A program made the translations under genes and the position numbers. From positions 1,786 through 65,785 of the forward strand of contig JBHPEY010000005.1 in the NCBI GenBank assembly GCA_042576705.1: a DNA stretch of 64,000 bases, written 5' to 3'. Origin of the DNA: Nanobdellota archaeon. Its GTDB lineage: Archaea > Nanobdellota > Nanobdellia > Woesearchaeales > UBA11576. This document shows positions 36,788-43,772 of this stretch, one piece after another (the stretch's first letter is position 1; each line of letters opens with the position of its first letter). The notes under the pieces are model-generated. The model was not told the origin of the DNA. It saw only the letters and a list, made by a program, of their open reading frames with translations, and ran no database searches.

Positions 36788-37879
36788 TTGTGCAAAGCAG
36801 GATATCATATGCCAAACATAGATCTGGAAACCCTAAAGAAGGTGTGGAAATACAAGCTCACAAGAAATTTCAATGAAGACGAGGTCTTCAACGTCTATGT
36901 CGACAGCCCTTTCTGTTTCCTTCCGAAGTGCACTTTCTGCATATACAAACCGACAATGATAGAGAATAAGGAAGGCATGCTGCTCAAGGACAAGTACTAT
37001 GACAAGATACTGATAGAAAACATCGCTGATTTCGGGGATGTACTGCGGCTGAGAAGACCTGATGCAGTATACTTCGGTGGAGGAACCAGCTCATTGATGA
37101 CTATCAAGCAGATGGAGAAGATATTTGAAAAGTTCCAGGAGTATTTTGATTTCAGGAGCGTCCGATACAAGCATTTTGAACTCAATCCGTTGAGCGCTAC
37201 TGACGAGAAGATAGATCTCCTTCTCAAGTGGAATTTCACTCGCATGAGCTTCGGGTTCCAGACATTCAACCAGGAAGTGCTTAAATTCAACCATCGCGTC
37301 AATGTATCCATAGACAGGATGAAGGCAATATTCGATAAGCTCGAAAAAGCAGATGTCGCCTACAATATTGACATCATGGTATTCATATACAATGACTCCC
37401 TTGAAGAAGACTTGGCCCTATTAAAAAATGATCTTGAGACTGTCGCAAGGGAACTGAGACCCCGCAGGATAACAGTATTTCCCAACTACAAGAAATTTTC
37501 CAATACCTTCTCTGTGGAGAACAGGGCAAAGAACATACAAAAGATAAGATCGTTCAGGGAGATTGTCAATAAATTCACAGAAAACAGCAAATATACAAAT
37601 ATCCACAAGACATCTGAAAGAACAGGTGATGAAGATATACTAAGACGCCCTTTGGCAAATCCAAAACTTATCAGAGAGGATGTCCTGCACAAAAGCTGGA
37701 CCAGTTATATCAGCACATCCCCACCAAACAATCCCCCCAAGAACCAAAGTGTCCTTGCAATAGGGGGCTTTGGAATAAGAGAGCCATACTCCTACATCCC
37801 TGGCAAACTACACTATATCACACATATCACAGAATCTGACAGGCGGTTTGAACTCAGATTTGCTGATGTAAGGTATTAG
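36788..37879 (+). CDS. HemN/HemW-like radical SAM protein with non-canonical Cx4Cx2C motif
   Basis: VYVDSPFCFLPKCTFCIY (codons checked: TGT TTC CTT CCG AAG TGC ACT TTC TGC), VYFGGGTSSL, ELNPLSAT, RMSFGFQTFN. The track start is TTG 36788; the likely start is ATG 36809. Confidence 0.75.
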   Translation: MCKAGYHMPNIDLETLKKVWKYKLTRNFNEDEVFNVYVDSPFCFLPKCTFCIYKPTMIENKEGMLLKDKYYDKILIENIADFGDVLRLRRPDAVYFGGGTSSLMTIKQMEKIFEKFQEYFDFRSVRYKHFELNPLSATDEKIDLLLKWNFTRMSFGFQTFNQEVLKFNHRVNVSIDRMKAIFDKLEKADVAYNIDIMVFIYNDSLEEDLALLKNDLETVARELRPRRITVFPNYKKFSNTFSVENRAKNIQKIRSFREIVNKFTENSKYTNIHKTSERTGDEDILRRPLANPKLIREDVLHKSWTSYISTSPPNNPPKNQSVLAIGGFGIREPYSYIPGKLHYITHITESDRRFELRFADVRY

Positions 37880-37963
37880 AGCCTCCAAGGCTGAAAAACA
37901 GGTATTTCTGTGGGTCAATCATATGATAATCAGATATCTCTGGGCAGCCCTGGCCGATAAATA

Positions 37964-37977
37964 GAAACATTTATATA
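37964..37977 (+). promoter_or_regulatory. BRE/TATA-like box GAAACATTTATATA
   Basis: About 42 nt upstream of ATG 38016. Same motif family as 11612, 23897, 28863 and 36711. Confidence 0.45.
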
Positions 37978-38015
37978 GTCAATTGCTATTGCGTAGTAAC
38001 AACTTAGGGGTATTA

Positions 38016-41000
38016 ATGATGAGTAGTAAATCCACAATAAATCACATCGTCTTTCTTATAGCAGTCCTTGTGCTGATTTCCAGCTCTGTAGGGGCTATAA
38101 CGGAGGATTTCAGCGCTTTCGGCTCCCGAGAGACCATCGATGTCTGTGCCTGTGATTTTACGACACAGAAGGTTTCCCTGCACAATACAGGGGATGTAAC
38201 CAGCACATACATGGTCTATATGTCTGGCGAGGCTGCATCATGGACAAATATCGCGCCACAGACTTTCGCCCTTGAGGGTGGAGAGCTCAAGACGCTTGAG
38301 CAGTTCATAAAAGTGCCCTGCAGCGCGCGTGGAGCCTACGAACTCAATACCTCTATCCGGACGCTGTTCGACACAGAGAAGGTGATCAGGCAGGCAGTCA
38401 ATGTACAGAACTGCGAGAATGTCCAGATCATACCCAAGTCGTCAGATTCTCAGGAAGTATGTCCCTGCACACCTGTGCAGTACAGCTTTGAGGTCGTCAA
38501 CACAGGCAAACACGTGGAGATCTACCAGATAAGTGTTGAACCTTTCTCAGATGCAATATCACTCAGTACAGATATCCTTATCCTTGAACCTGGAGAGAAA
38601 CAACAGGTCACTGTCTTCATCAACCTTGAATGCGGAAGGTATGGAGAGCAGTTATTCACATTCAATGCATTCGCAGAAGGCACAAAGATGCTCGGCCAGG
38701 CAGAGTTCGGCATGGACATCAAGAAGTGCTATGATTATTCCCTTGTCATAGATGATGAGTATGAGGTATGCCAGGGCGTGCCTAATGTCATACCATTCAA
38801 GATAGTCAACAACGCAAGCATCGCAAACACATACTCCCTGTTCGTTGATGGGGATGCGACTGAGTGGGTCTATACAGAGAACTCAACTGTAGATGTGTTC
38901 GGCGGAGAGACAAAGGAAGCAGACATCATCCTGTTCCCACCTAATGAGCAGGAGAGCGAATACGAGATAACACTTACAACCCTGTCTGCACGAGGCCAGG
39001 AGCAGCGGTCAAAGAACATCAAGCTCGAGACAAACATGTGCCATGATTATCAGCTTGTGCAGTCAGAAGACGCGCTGAAGGCCACAGAGTGCAAACAGAA
39101 AGAACATGTCTTCAACCTGAAGAACATCGGCTCCAGGGACACCACATACTATGTTGATGTCGCAGGATTCGATTGGCTGACTACATCAAGCGATCCTATA
39201 TTCCTGCTTGCAGGAGAGGAAGCGCAGGTCGTGCTCAGCGGACAGACGCCATGCAACCTTTCAGGAGAGTTCAAGGAAGACCTCTATGTCACAATCAAAG
39301 AGACAAACCAGACATTCCTTGAAGAGAAGACACTCACGATATACACCAAAGAAGATTCTTACATGCCTGACATAAAGATAACAGACCTTGAGATCGACTA
39401 TGAGGGCGGCGAGACAGCAGTCGAGATACTGAACACAGGATTCGAGCCTGTGAGCTATGACCTCTTCCTGATCGCAAGCGACTGGATAACAATCGACACG
39501 TCAAGCGTCACACTCGCTGCAGAAGACAACGCTACTGTCCTGCTCCAGGCATATCCTGCTAACGACACTGTTGAGGATACATACATGGGAGAGCTCGTGC
39601 TCGCTGTGAGCGGAGAGAATATCGAATACTCCACAGAGTTCTTCGTGGACCTCAAAGAGCAGAGAGGGCTTCCTCTTTGGCTTTGGGCAGCAATAAGCGG
39701 TATCGGTCTCCTGTTGATAGTCGTCATAATCGTGCTTATAGTCGTGCTGACCGGCAGGAAGAAAAAGAAAAAGCTGATCTCAGATGAGCCGGTCGACAAG
39801 GACGCGAAAAAGGATTTCATGTCAATCGACAAGAGGGAATACAGGAAGAGTGCCAAGGAAGAGAAGAAGGTCAAGATATGGACCATCCTTGTCGCAATCG
39901 CCCTGCTCGCACTCATTGTCGGTGCTGGTTATTATGCATACTCAACAGGTGTGTTTGACAGGCTGCAGAATGATACTGCTAGCAATGAGACAGTGCCTGA
40001 TATCGAGACAGAGGATGTCACTGTGCCTGTAACAACAGTCCCGGAAACACCTGAACCAGAAGAGACTGCTACTGGAGTGCTCACTAATGAGGACATCCAG
40101 GAATCATTGATCACAATAGACAGAAGCGGCGTTCCAGGCGAAGGAAATACTCTTGAGCTGACCAACGAGACTTCAGTCAACCTGCAGATGTCGATAACAA
40201 ACCCGACAGACAGGAAAGCAAAGTTTGAGGTCGCAACAGATGATGACAGCTGGGTAGAGTTTGACCAGAGCGTCGTGTCTGTGATGCCTGATGCTACAAA
40301 GACAATCAGCGTCCGGATAACTCCAGACCTTGAACAGCTTGAACAGAATGATTACTCAATCAAGATAAAGACCACGCTTGAAGGAAAGAAGATCCAGTAT
40401 GAGGAAGAGCTTGACCTGGTACTTACCAAGAAAAAGCCGTTCTTCAGCAGATACTGGCCATGGATGATCGCTGGTCTTGTGGCTCTTGTTGCGCTGCTCC
40501 TGATAATATGGCTCAGCGGCAGGGAGAAGACAGAGAAAGTTCCCCCTATCAAGAAGAGCAAGGAAGAGAAGAAAGCTGCTAAGGCTGAGAAAAAGGCCGC
40601 ACGTAAGGATAAAAAGGAAGAGAAGAAGAGCGGAATCTGGTTGCCTATTGCAATCGGTGTCGTCGTGCTGCTCATCCTTGCTGCGTTTGGTTTCTGGGCT
40701 TACAACACATTCAAGGATGCTGGAGATGATGTCTCTGAAGAAGATGTTGCTGCAGAAGAATCTGTAGAGGCTGCTGTTGAGACAGCAGCAGAACCAGCCA
40801 AGCTGACTGAAGATGATGTTGAGGAGCCGCTTATCAAGATCGATCGGACAGGAATACCTGGAGAGGGTGATGTGTTCAAGCTTGAACAGGACTCATATGA
40901 GATTCCTATGTCAATATACAACCCTACAGACAGGAAAGCAAGATTTACAGTCAATACAACCAATGAGAGCTGGGTCTCATTCCAGCAGTACATCATATTG

Positions 41001-41399
41001 GTGGGTCCTAATTCAGTGAAGAACATAAACATGACTCTTGAGCCTGACATGGACGCGCTGAAGAAGAATGATTACAAGGTTTCAATCAACACAAAGCTTG
41101 AAGGGGCTAAAATAGATTATGAGGAGACTCTCGAGTTTGTGCTCAAGAAGAAAAGACCTTTTGAGCTGGGATGGCTTTGGTATATACTTGGCGCGCTCGT
41201 TGTTGTCGGGCTTGTAATCCTGATTATTGAGGTTGTGAAAAGGCGAGAGAAGAAACCTAAGAGCATGGCTGCAGCAGCTGGTAAGAAGAAGGCTGTAAAG
41301 AAAAAGCCTGTTGAGAAAGGTAAGAGTGTCGCTGCAATCAACAAGGATCTTGCCAAGCTCCGTAAGAAGACTGTGTTGAAGGTCAAGGGTTCTAAATAA
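38016..41399 (+). CDS. Modular surface protein: signal peptide, ~540-aa CARDB/NEW3-like beta-domains, then two repeated [Lys-rich loop-TM-ectodomain-TM] modules and a Lys-rich tail
   Basis: From ATG 38016: MMSSKSTINHIVFLIAVLVLISSSVGA. Repeated units of the type 'C.DY.L....C.G......V.N.G.....Y.L' occur in the N-terminal part. Five TM helices, with loops such as GRKKKKKLISDEP...EEKKVKIW and EKVPPIKKSKEEKKAAKAEKKAARKDKKEEKKSGIW. The track start TTG 37983 was trimmed. Confidence 0.7.
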   Translation: MMSSKSTINHIVFLIAVLVLISSSVGAITEDFSAFGSRETIDVCACDFTTQKVSLHNTGDVTSTYMVYMSGEAASWTNIAPQTFALEGGELKTLEQFIKVPCSARGAYELNTSIRTLFDTEKVIRQAVNVQNCENVQIIPKSSDSQEVCPCTPVQYSFEVVNTGKHVEIYQISVEPFSDAISLSTDILILEPGEKQQVTVFINLECGRYGEQLFTFNAFAEGTKMLGQAEFGMDIKKCYDYSLVIDDEYEVCQGVPNVIPFKIVNNASIANTYSLFVDGDATEWVYTENSTVDVFGGETKEADIILFPPNEQESEYEITLTTLSARGQEQRSKNIKLETNMCHDYQLVQSEDALKATECKQKEHVFNLKNIGSRDTTYYVDVAGFDWLTTSSDPIFLLAGEEAQVVLSGQTPCNLSGEFKEDLYVTIKETNQTFLEEKTLTIYTKEDSYMPDIKITDLEIDYEGGETAVEILNTGFEPVSYDLFLIASDWITIDTSSVTLAAEDNATVLLQAYPANDTVEDTYMGELVLAVSGENIEYSTEFFVDLKEQRGLPLWLWAAISGIGLLLIVVIIVLIVVLTGRKKKKKLISDEPVDKDAKKDFMSIDKREYRKSAKEEKKVKIWTILVAIALLALIVGAGYYAYSTGVFDRLQNDTASNETVPDIETEDVTVPVTTVPETPEPEETATGVLTNEDIQESLITIDRSGVPGEGNTLELTNETSVNLQMSITNPTDRKAKFEVATDDDSWVEFDQSVVSVMPDATKTISVRITPDLEQLEQNDYSIKIKTTLEGKKIQYEEELDLVLTKKKPFFSRYWPWMIAGLVALVALLLIIWLSGREKTEKVPPIKKSKEEKKAAKAEKKAARKDKKEEKKSGIWLPIAIGVVVLLILAAFGFWAYNTFKDAGDDVSEEDVAAEESVEAAVETAAEPAKLTEDDVEEPLIKIDRTGIPGEGDVFKLEQDSYEIPMSIYNPTDRKARFTVNTTNESWVSFQQYIILVGPNSVKNINMTLEPDMDALKKNDYKVSINTKLEGAKIDYEETLEFVLKKKRPFELGWLWYILGALVVVGLVILIIEVVKRREKKPKSMAAAAGKKKAVKKKPVEKGKSVAAINKDLAKLRKKTVLKVKGSK
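39752..41237 (+). repeat. Two tandem ~240-aa coding modules (period about 723-760 nt)
   Basis: ESLITIDRSGVPGEGNTLEL...ITNPTDRKAKFEVATDD.SWVEF...NDYSIKIKTTLEGKKIQYEEELDLVLTKKKPF aligns with EPLIKIDRTGIPGEGDVFKL...IYNPTDRKARFTVNTTNESWVSF...NDYKVSINTKLEGAKIDYEETLEFVLKKKRPF. Each is preceded by a Lys-rich loop plus TM and followed by a TM. Confidence 0.7.
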
Positions 41400-41424
41400 T
41401 CTTTATTTTTCTGGATTAACCAAA

Positions 41425-41787
41425 ATGGTAGAGACAAAATATACTCAAATCGTGAAAAAAGAAATTCCAACTGCGGATGGTCCTAAAAATCTGGTTCTGT
41501 TGTGTGCTGTTGCGGGTGAACAGGCAGACCATTATGATAAAAACCCCTGTGATCCTATTTATGCTTTGGTTGTGTTAGAAAATAATAAAATGCAAATAAA
41601 TCCTTCAAAAGCTGTTGATGCTTATGATATATCATACAATCCTGGTCCAAAAACAAAAAGAATGACTATTACTCCACATTGTATGGGAAGTTTGGGTTTA
41701 GATGCTCTTTTAGCTATTCATTCCAAAATAGACTCTGTTGATGATTTTTTCTATGTAGAGCGATTTATTATACGTTATGTCGGATAA
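41425..41787 (+). CDS. Hypothetical 120-aa protein
   Basis: ORF only, AT-rich, no recognisable motif. Lies between the large membrane-protein gene and the tRNA. Confidence 0.35.
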   Translation: MVETKYTQIVKKEIPTADGPKNLVLLCAVAGEQADHYDKNPCDPIYALVVLENNKMQINPSKAVDAYDISYNPGPKTKRMTITPHCMGSLGLDALLAIHSKIDSVDDFFYVERFIIRYVG

Positions 41788-41853
41788 TAATTGATATTTT
41801 TACAATAATTTTAAAAAGGAATTAATTCTCCAAGCGTATCAACTATAGCTTAT

Positions 41854-42028
41854 GGGGCTGTAGTATAACCTGGCTAGAATAGCTGGCTCCAGTCTTGGAG
41901 CGATGAGGCAATTGCCTGTGATTAGTTATCTGGTATGTCAAAACATTGCTTTTGAGGAAGATACCAGCGGATCAGGGTTCAAATGGCGTTGAGCGATTAA
42001 GCTGCGCTTGAAATTCCCTGCAGCCCCA
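41854..42028 (+). tRNA. tRNA-Trp: tRNA-Trp (anticodon CCA) with two introns: canonical 37/38 (41893-41962, 70 nt) and 59/60 in the T-loop (41984-42014, 31 nt)
   Basis: Acceptor stem GGGGCUG/CAGCCCC is perfect, with discriminator A (42028). U8 and A9 are present; the D-loop has GG. Anticodon stem GCUGG (41882-86) / CCAGC (41964-68), with loop C-U-CCA-G. T-arm CAGGG-UUCAAA|U-CCCUG. The mature length is 74 nt and CCA is not encoded. The T-loop intron forms a textbook hBHBh' (details in findings). The D-stem is weak (one A-A mismatch). Confidence 0.75.
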
Positions 42029-42030
42029 TC

Positions 42031-42037
42031 TTTTTTT
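42031..42037 (+). terminator. T7 run immediately after the tRNA (archaeal oligo-T terminator)
   Basis: The sequence after the discriminator reads tc-ttttttt-atc. Confidence 0.5.
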
Positions 42038-42044
42038 ATCTCTG

Positions 42045-42066
42045 TCCCCTTGATTTCTTATGGAGA
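42045..42066 (-). promoter_or_regulatory. ORB-like origin recognition box (minus orientation)
   Basis: The reverse complement reads TCTCCATAAGAAATCAAGGGGA: a dyad-like TCCATAAGAAA followed by a G-string. It resembles the box at 42289-42311 in inverted orientation, on the other side of the A/T-only stretch. Confidence 0.5.
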
Positions 42067-42124
42067 TTATATTTAAGAAAAAGTGGTCTTTTGATGTTTT
42101 CTGCTGTTTCGGCCTTTCTATATC

Positions 42125-42183
42125 TATATTATATATATTATTATATTATATATTATATTATATATATTATAATATATTATTTA
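42125..42183. repeat. 59-nt stretch of only A and T (TATAT/TATTA microsatellite-like), candidate duplex unwinding element
   Basis: tatattatatatattattatattatatattatattatatatattataatatattattta has no G or C between c42124 and c42184. Confidence 0.6.
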
Positions 42184-42288
42184 CTATATTGAAAATAATG
42201 AATAACGCGAGTGAGAAAAAATGTTCCAAGAGAAATTGGTTTATATAATAAAATAATAATAGAAGAAGAGTTCTTTTATTATTATAGG

Positions 42289-42311
42289 TATTTCCATAGG
42301 AAATAGGGGGG
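42289..42311 (+). promoter_or_regulatory. ORB-like origin recognition box with dyad and G-string
   Basis: TATTTCCATAGGAAATAGGGGGG has a perfect dyad TATTTCC/GGAAATA followed by G6, matching the general archaeal ORB architecture (TTCCA..GGAAA plus G-string). Confidence 0.55.
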
Positions 42312-42399
42312 TTAGGGTTATAATTTATTCATTCTAACCATTATAATCGTTAATATCACGATTTTTTATAATATGGGGCTTCTAAAGCATATATTATGA

Positions 42400-42415
42400 C
42401 CTCTATTTCCTGTGC
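42400..42415 (-). promoter_or_regulatory. mini-ORB-like half site
   Basis: The reverse complement GCACAGGAAATAGAGG resembles the right half (ATAGGAAATAGGGG) of the 42289 box. Confidence 0.35.
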
Positions 42416-42474
42416 GACCTTTTAAAATGATCATGTATATGACATCATAAGACCTTCCTTTCGTTTGGAGAAAA

Positions 42475-42483
42475 TTTTAAATA
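42475..42483 (+). promoter_or_regulatory. TATA-like box TTTTAAATA for orc1/cdc6
   Basis: Centre about 28 nt upstream of ATG 42507, a leaderless-type spacing. Confidence 0.45.
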
Positions 42484-42506
42484 CATCTAATTATTTAGGT
42501 CAGATC

Positions 42507-43712
42507 ATGACAGAAAAGGGGTTAGGTAACTTTTTTGAAGAGTACATGAGTAAGGAATCGCTCTTTCTAAACAAAGGAGTATTACAGTCAGCATACACAC
42601 CAGATGTGATGCCTCACAGGGAAGATCAGATCAAGCAGATAGCAAACATGCTCGCGCCGGCAATACGCATGGAGCGGCCTTCAAACATGTTCATATATGG
42701 CAAGCCAGGAACAGGGAAGACAGTGTGTGCGCAGCATACAGCAAAAAACCTTGAAACTGTAGCAAAGAAAAACAATGTGAATGTAGATGTTGTTTATCTC
42801 AATTGCAAGCTCGGAAAGGTAGCTGATACTGAGTATAGGTTGATAGCGCAGCTTGCGAGAGAGTTCGGAAAAGAGATACCTTCTACAGGTCTTCCTACAG
42901 GAGAGGTATACAATATATTCCATAAGGCGATAGATAATGAAAAAAGGATATTGATACTTATACTTGATGAGGTTGATCAGCTGGTGAAGAAGACCAGTGA
43001 TGAGATATTATATAATTTAACAAGGATAAATTCTGAACTCCAGAATGCACAGATAGCTCTGGTGGGAATATCAAACGATCTCATGTTCATAGACCATGTG
43101 GACCCGCGGGTTAAATCTTCTCTTAGTGAAGAAGAACTTGTGTTTCCACCCTATAATGCAATACAATTACAGGACATCCTGCGCTGCAGGATAAAAGAGG
43201 CATTCAAAGAAGGAGTGGTACAACCAGGAGCAGTAGAAAAATGTTCAGCATATGCTGCAAAGGATCACGGAGATGCGAGGCGAGCGCTGGAACTGATGAG
43301 GGTTTCAGGAGAGCTTGCAGAAAGAAACGGAGAGACAGAAGTATCCATAAAGCATCTTGACCTTGCTGAGGACAAGATAGAGAAGGACAGGATAGTCGAT
43401 ATCATAACAACACAGCCGCATCAGTTCAAGGCAACGCTTTATGCTGCACTAACCATAGCAAAGGGATCACAAGGCATATTCACAGGAGATATCTACGACG
43501 TATACCAGAAGATCTGCGCAAAAGTCGGACTCAGACCACTCACCCAAAGGAGGATTTCTGATGTCATAGCAGAATTTGATCTTCTTGGCATAATAAACGC
43601 CAAAGTGATATCAAAAGGAAGGTATGGACGGACTCGAGAGATCAGTCTCGCTATACCTCAGGCAGTCGAGCCGAAGATAAAAGAGATAATAGAAAAGGAT
43701 CTCGGACTGTAA
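42507..43712 (+). CDS. cdc6: Orc1/Cdc6 replication initiator (AAA+ with C-terminal winged helix)
   Basis: Walker A GKPGTGKT, Walker B LILDEVD, LVGISND, GDARRALELMR (sensor 2). The track start is TTG 42465; ATG 42507 gives the usual N-terminus (...VLQSAYTPDVMPHREDQIKQI). Confidence 0.9.
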   Translation: MTEKGLGNFFEEYMSKESLFLNKGVLQSAYTPDVMPHREDQIKQIANMLAPAIRMERPSNMFIYGKPGTGKTVCAQHTAKNLETVAKKNNVNVDVVYLNCKLGKVADTEYRLIAQLAREFGKEIPSTGLPTGEVYNIFHKAIDNEKRILILILDEVDQLVKKTSDEILYNLTRINSELQNAQIALVGISNDLMFIDHVDPRVKSSLSEEELVFPPYNAIQLQDILRCRIKEAFKEGVVQPGAVEKCSAYAAKDHGDARRALELMRVSGELAERNGETEVSIKHLDLAEDKIEKDRIVDIITTQPHQFKATLYAALTIAKGSQGIFTGDIYDVYQKICAKVGLRPLTQRRISDVIAEFDLLGIINAKVISKGRYGRTREISLAIPQAVEPKIKEIIEKDLGL

Positions 43713-43772
43713 AATTATTCTTTCACACGACAATTCCGTAGGGGGAATTGTGAGGTTAATAATCACTAGTGG

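Noticed and set aside
41893-41962. Box C/D guide RNA inside the tRNA-Trp intron, as known in Haloferax
   Set aside because: Only partial motifs are present (GCGAUGA for box C, UUGA for box D, an overlapping CUGU/GUGAUUA for D'/C'). Spacer lengths (~8 and ~27 nt) do not fit the ~12-nt archaeal rule. The CUGGUAU:AUACCAG complementarity to the 3' junction is noted but is too far from any D box. It remains worth an Rfam or snoscan check.
42060-42248. 62-aa ORF (MEIIFKKKWSF...ILLYYILYYIYYNILF...)
   Set aside because: It spans the A/T-only microsatellite-like stretch of the candidate origin. The Y/I/L repeats are just a translation of TATAT/TATTA. No promoter or SD was seen.
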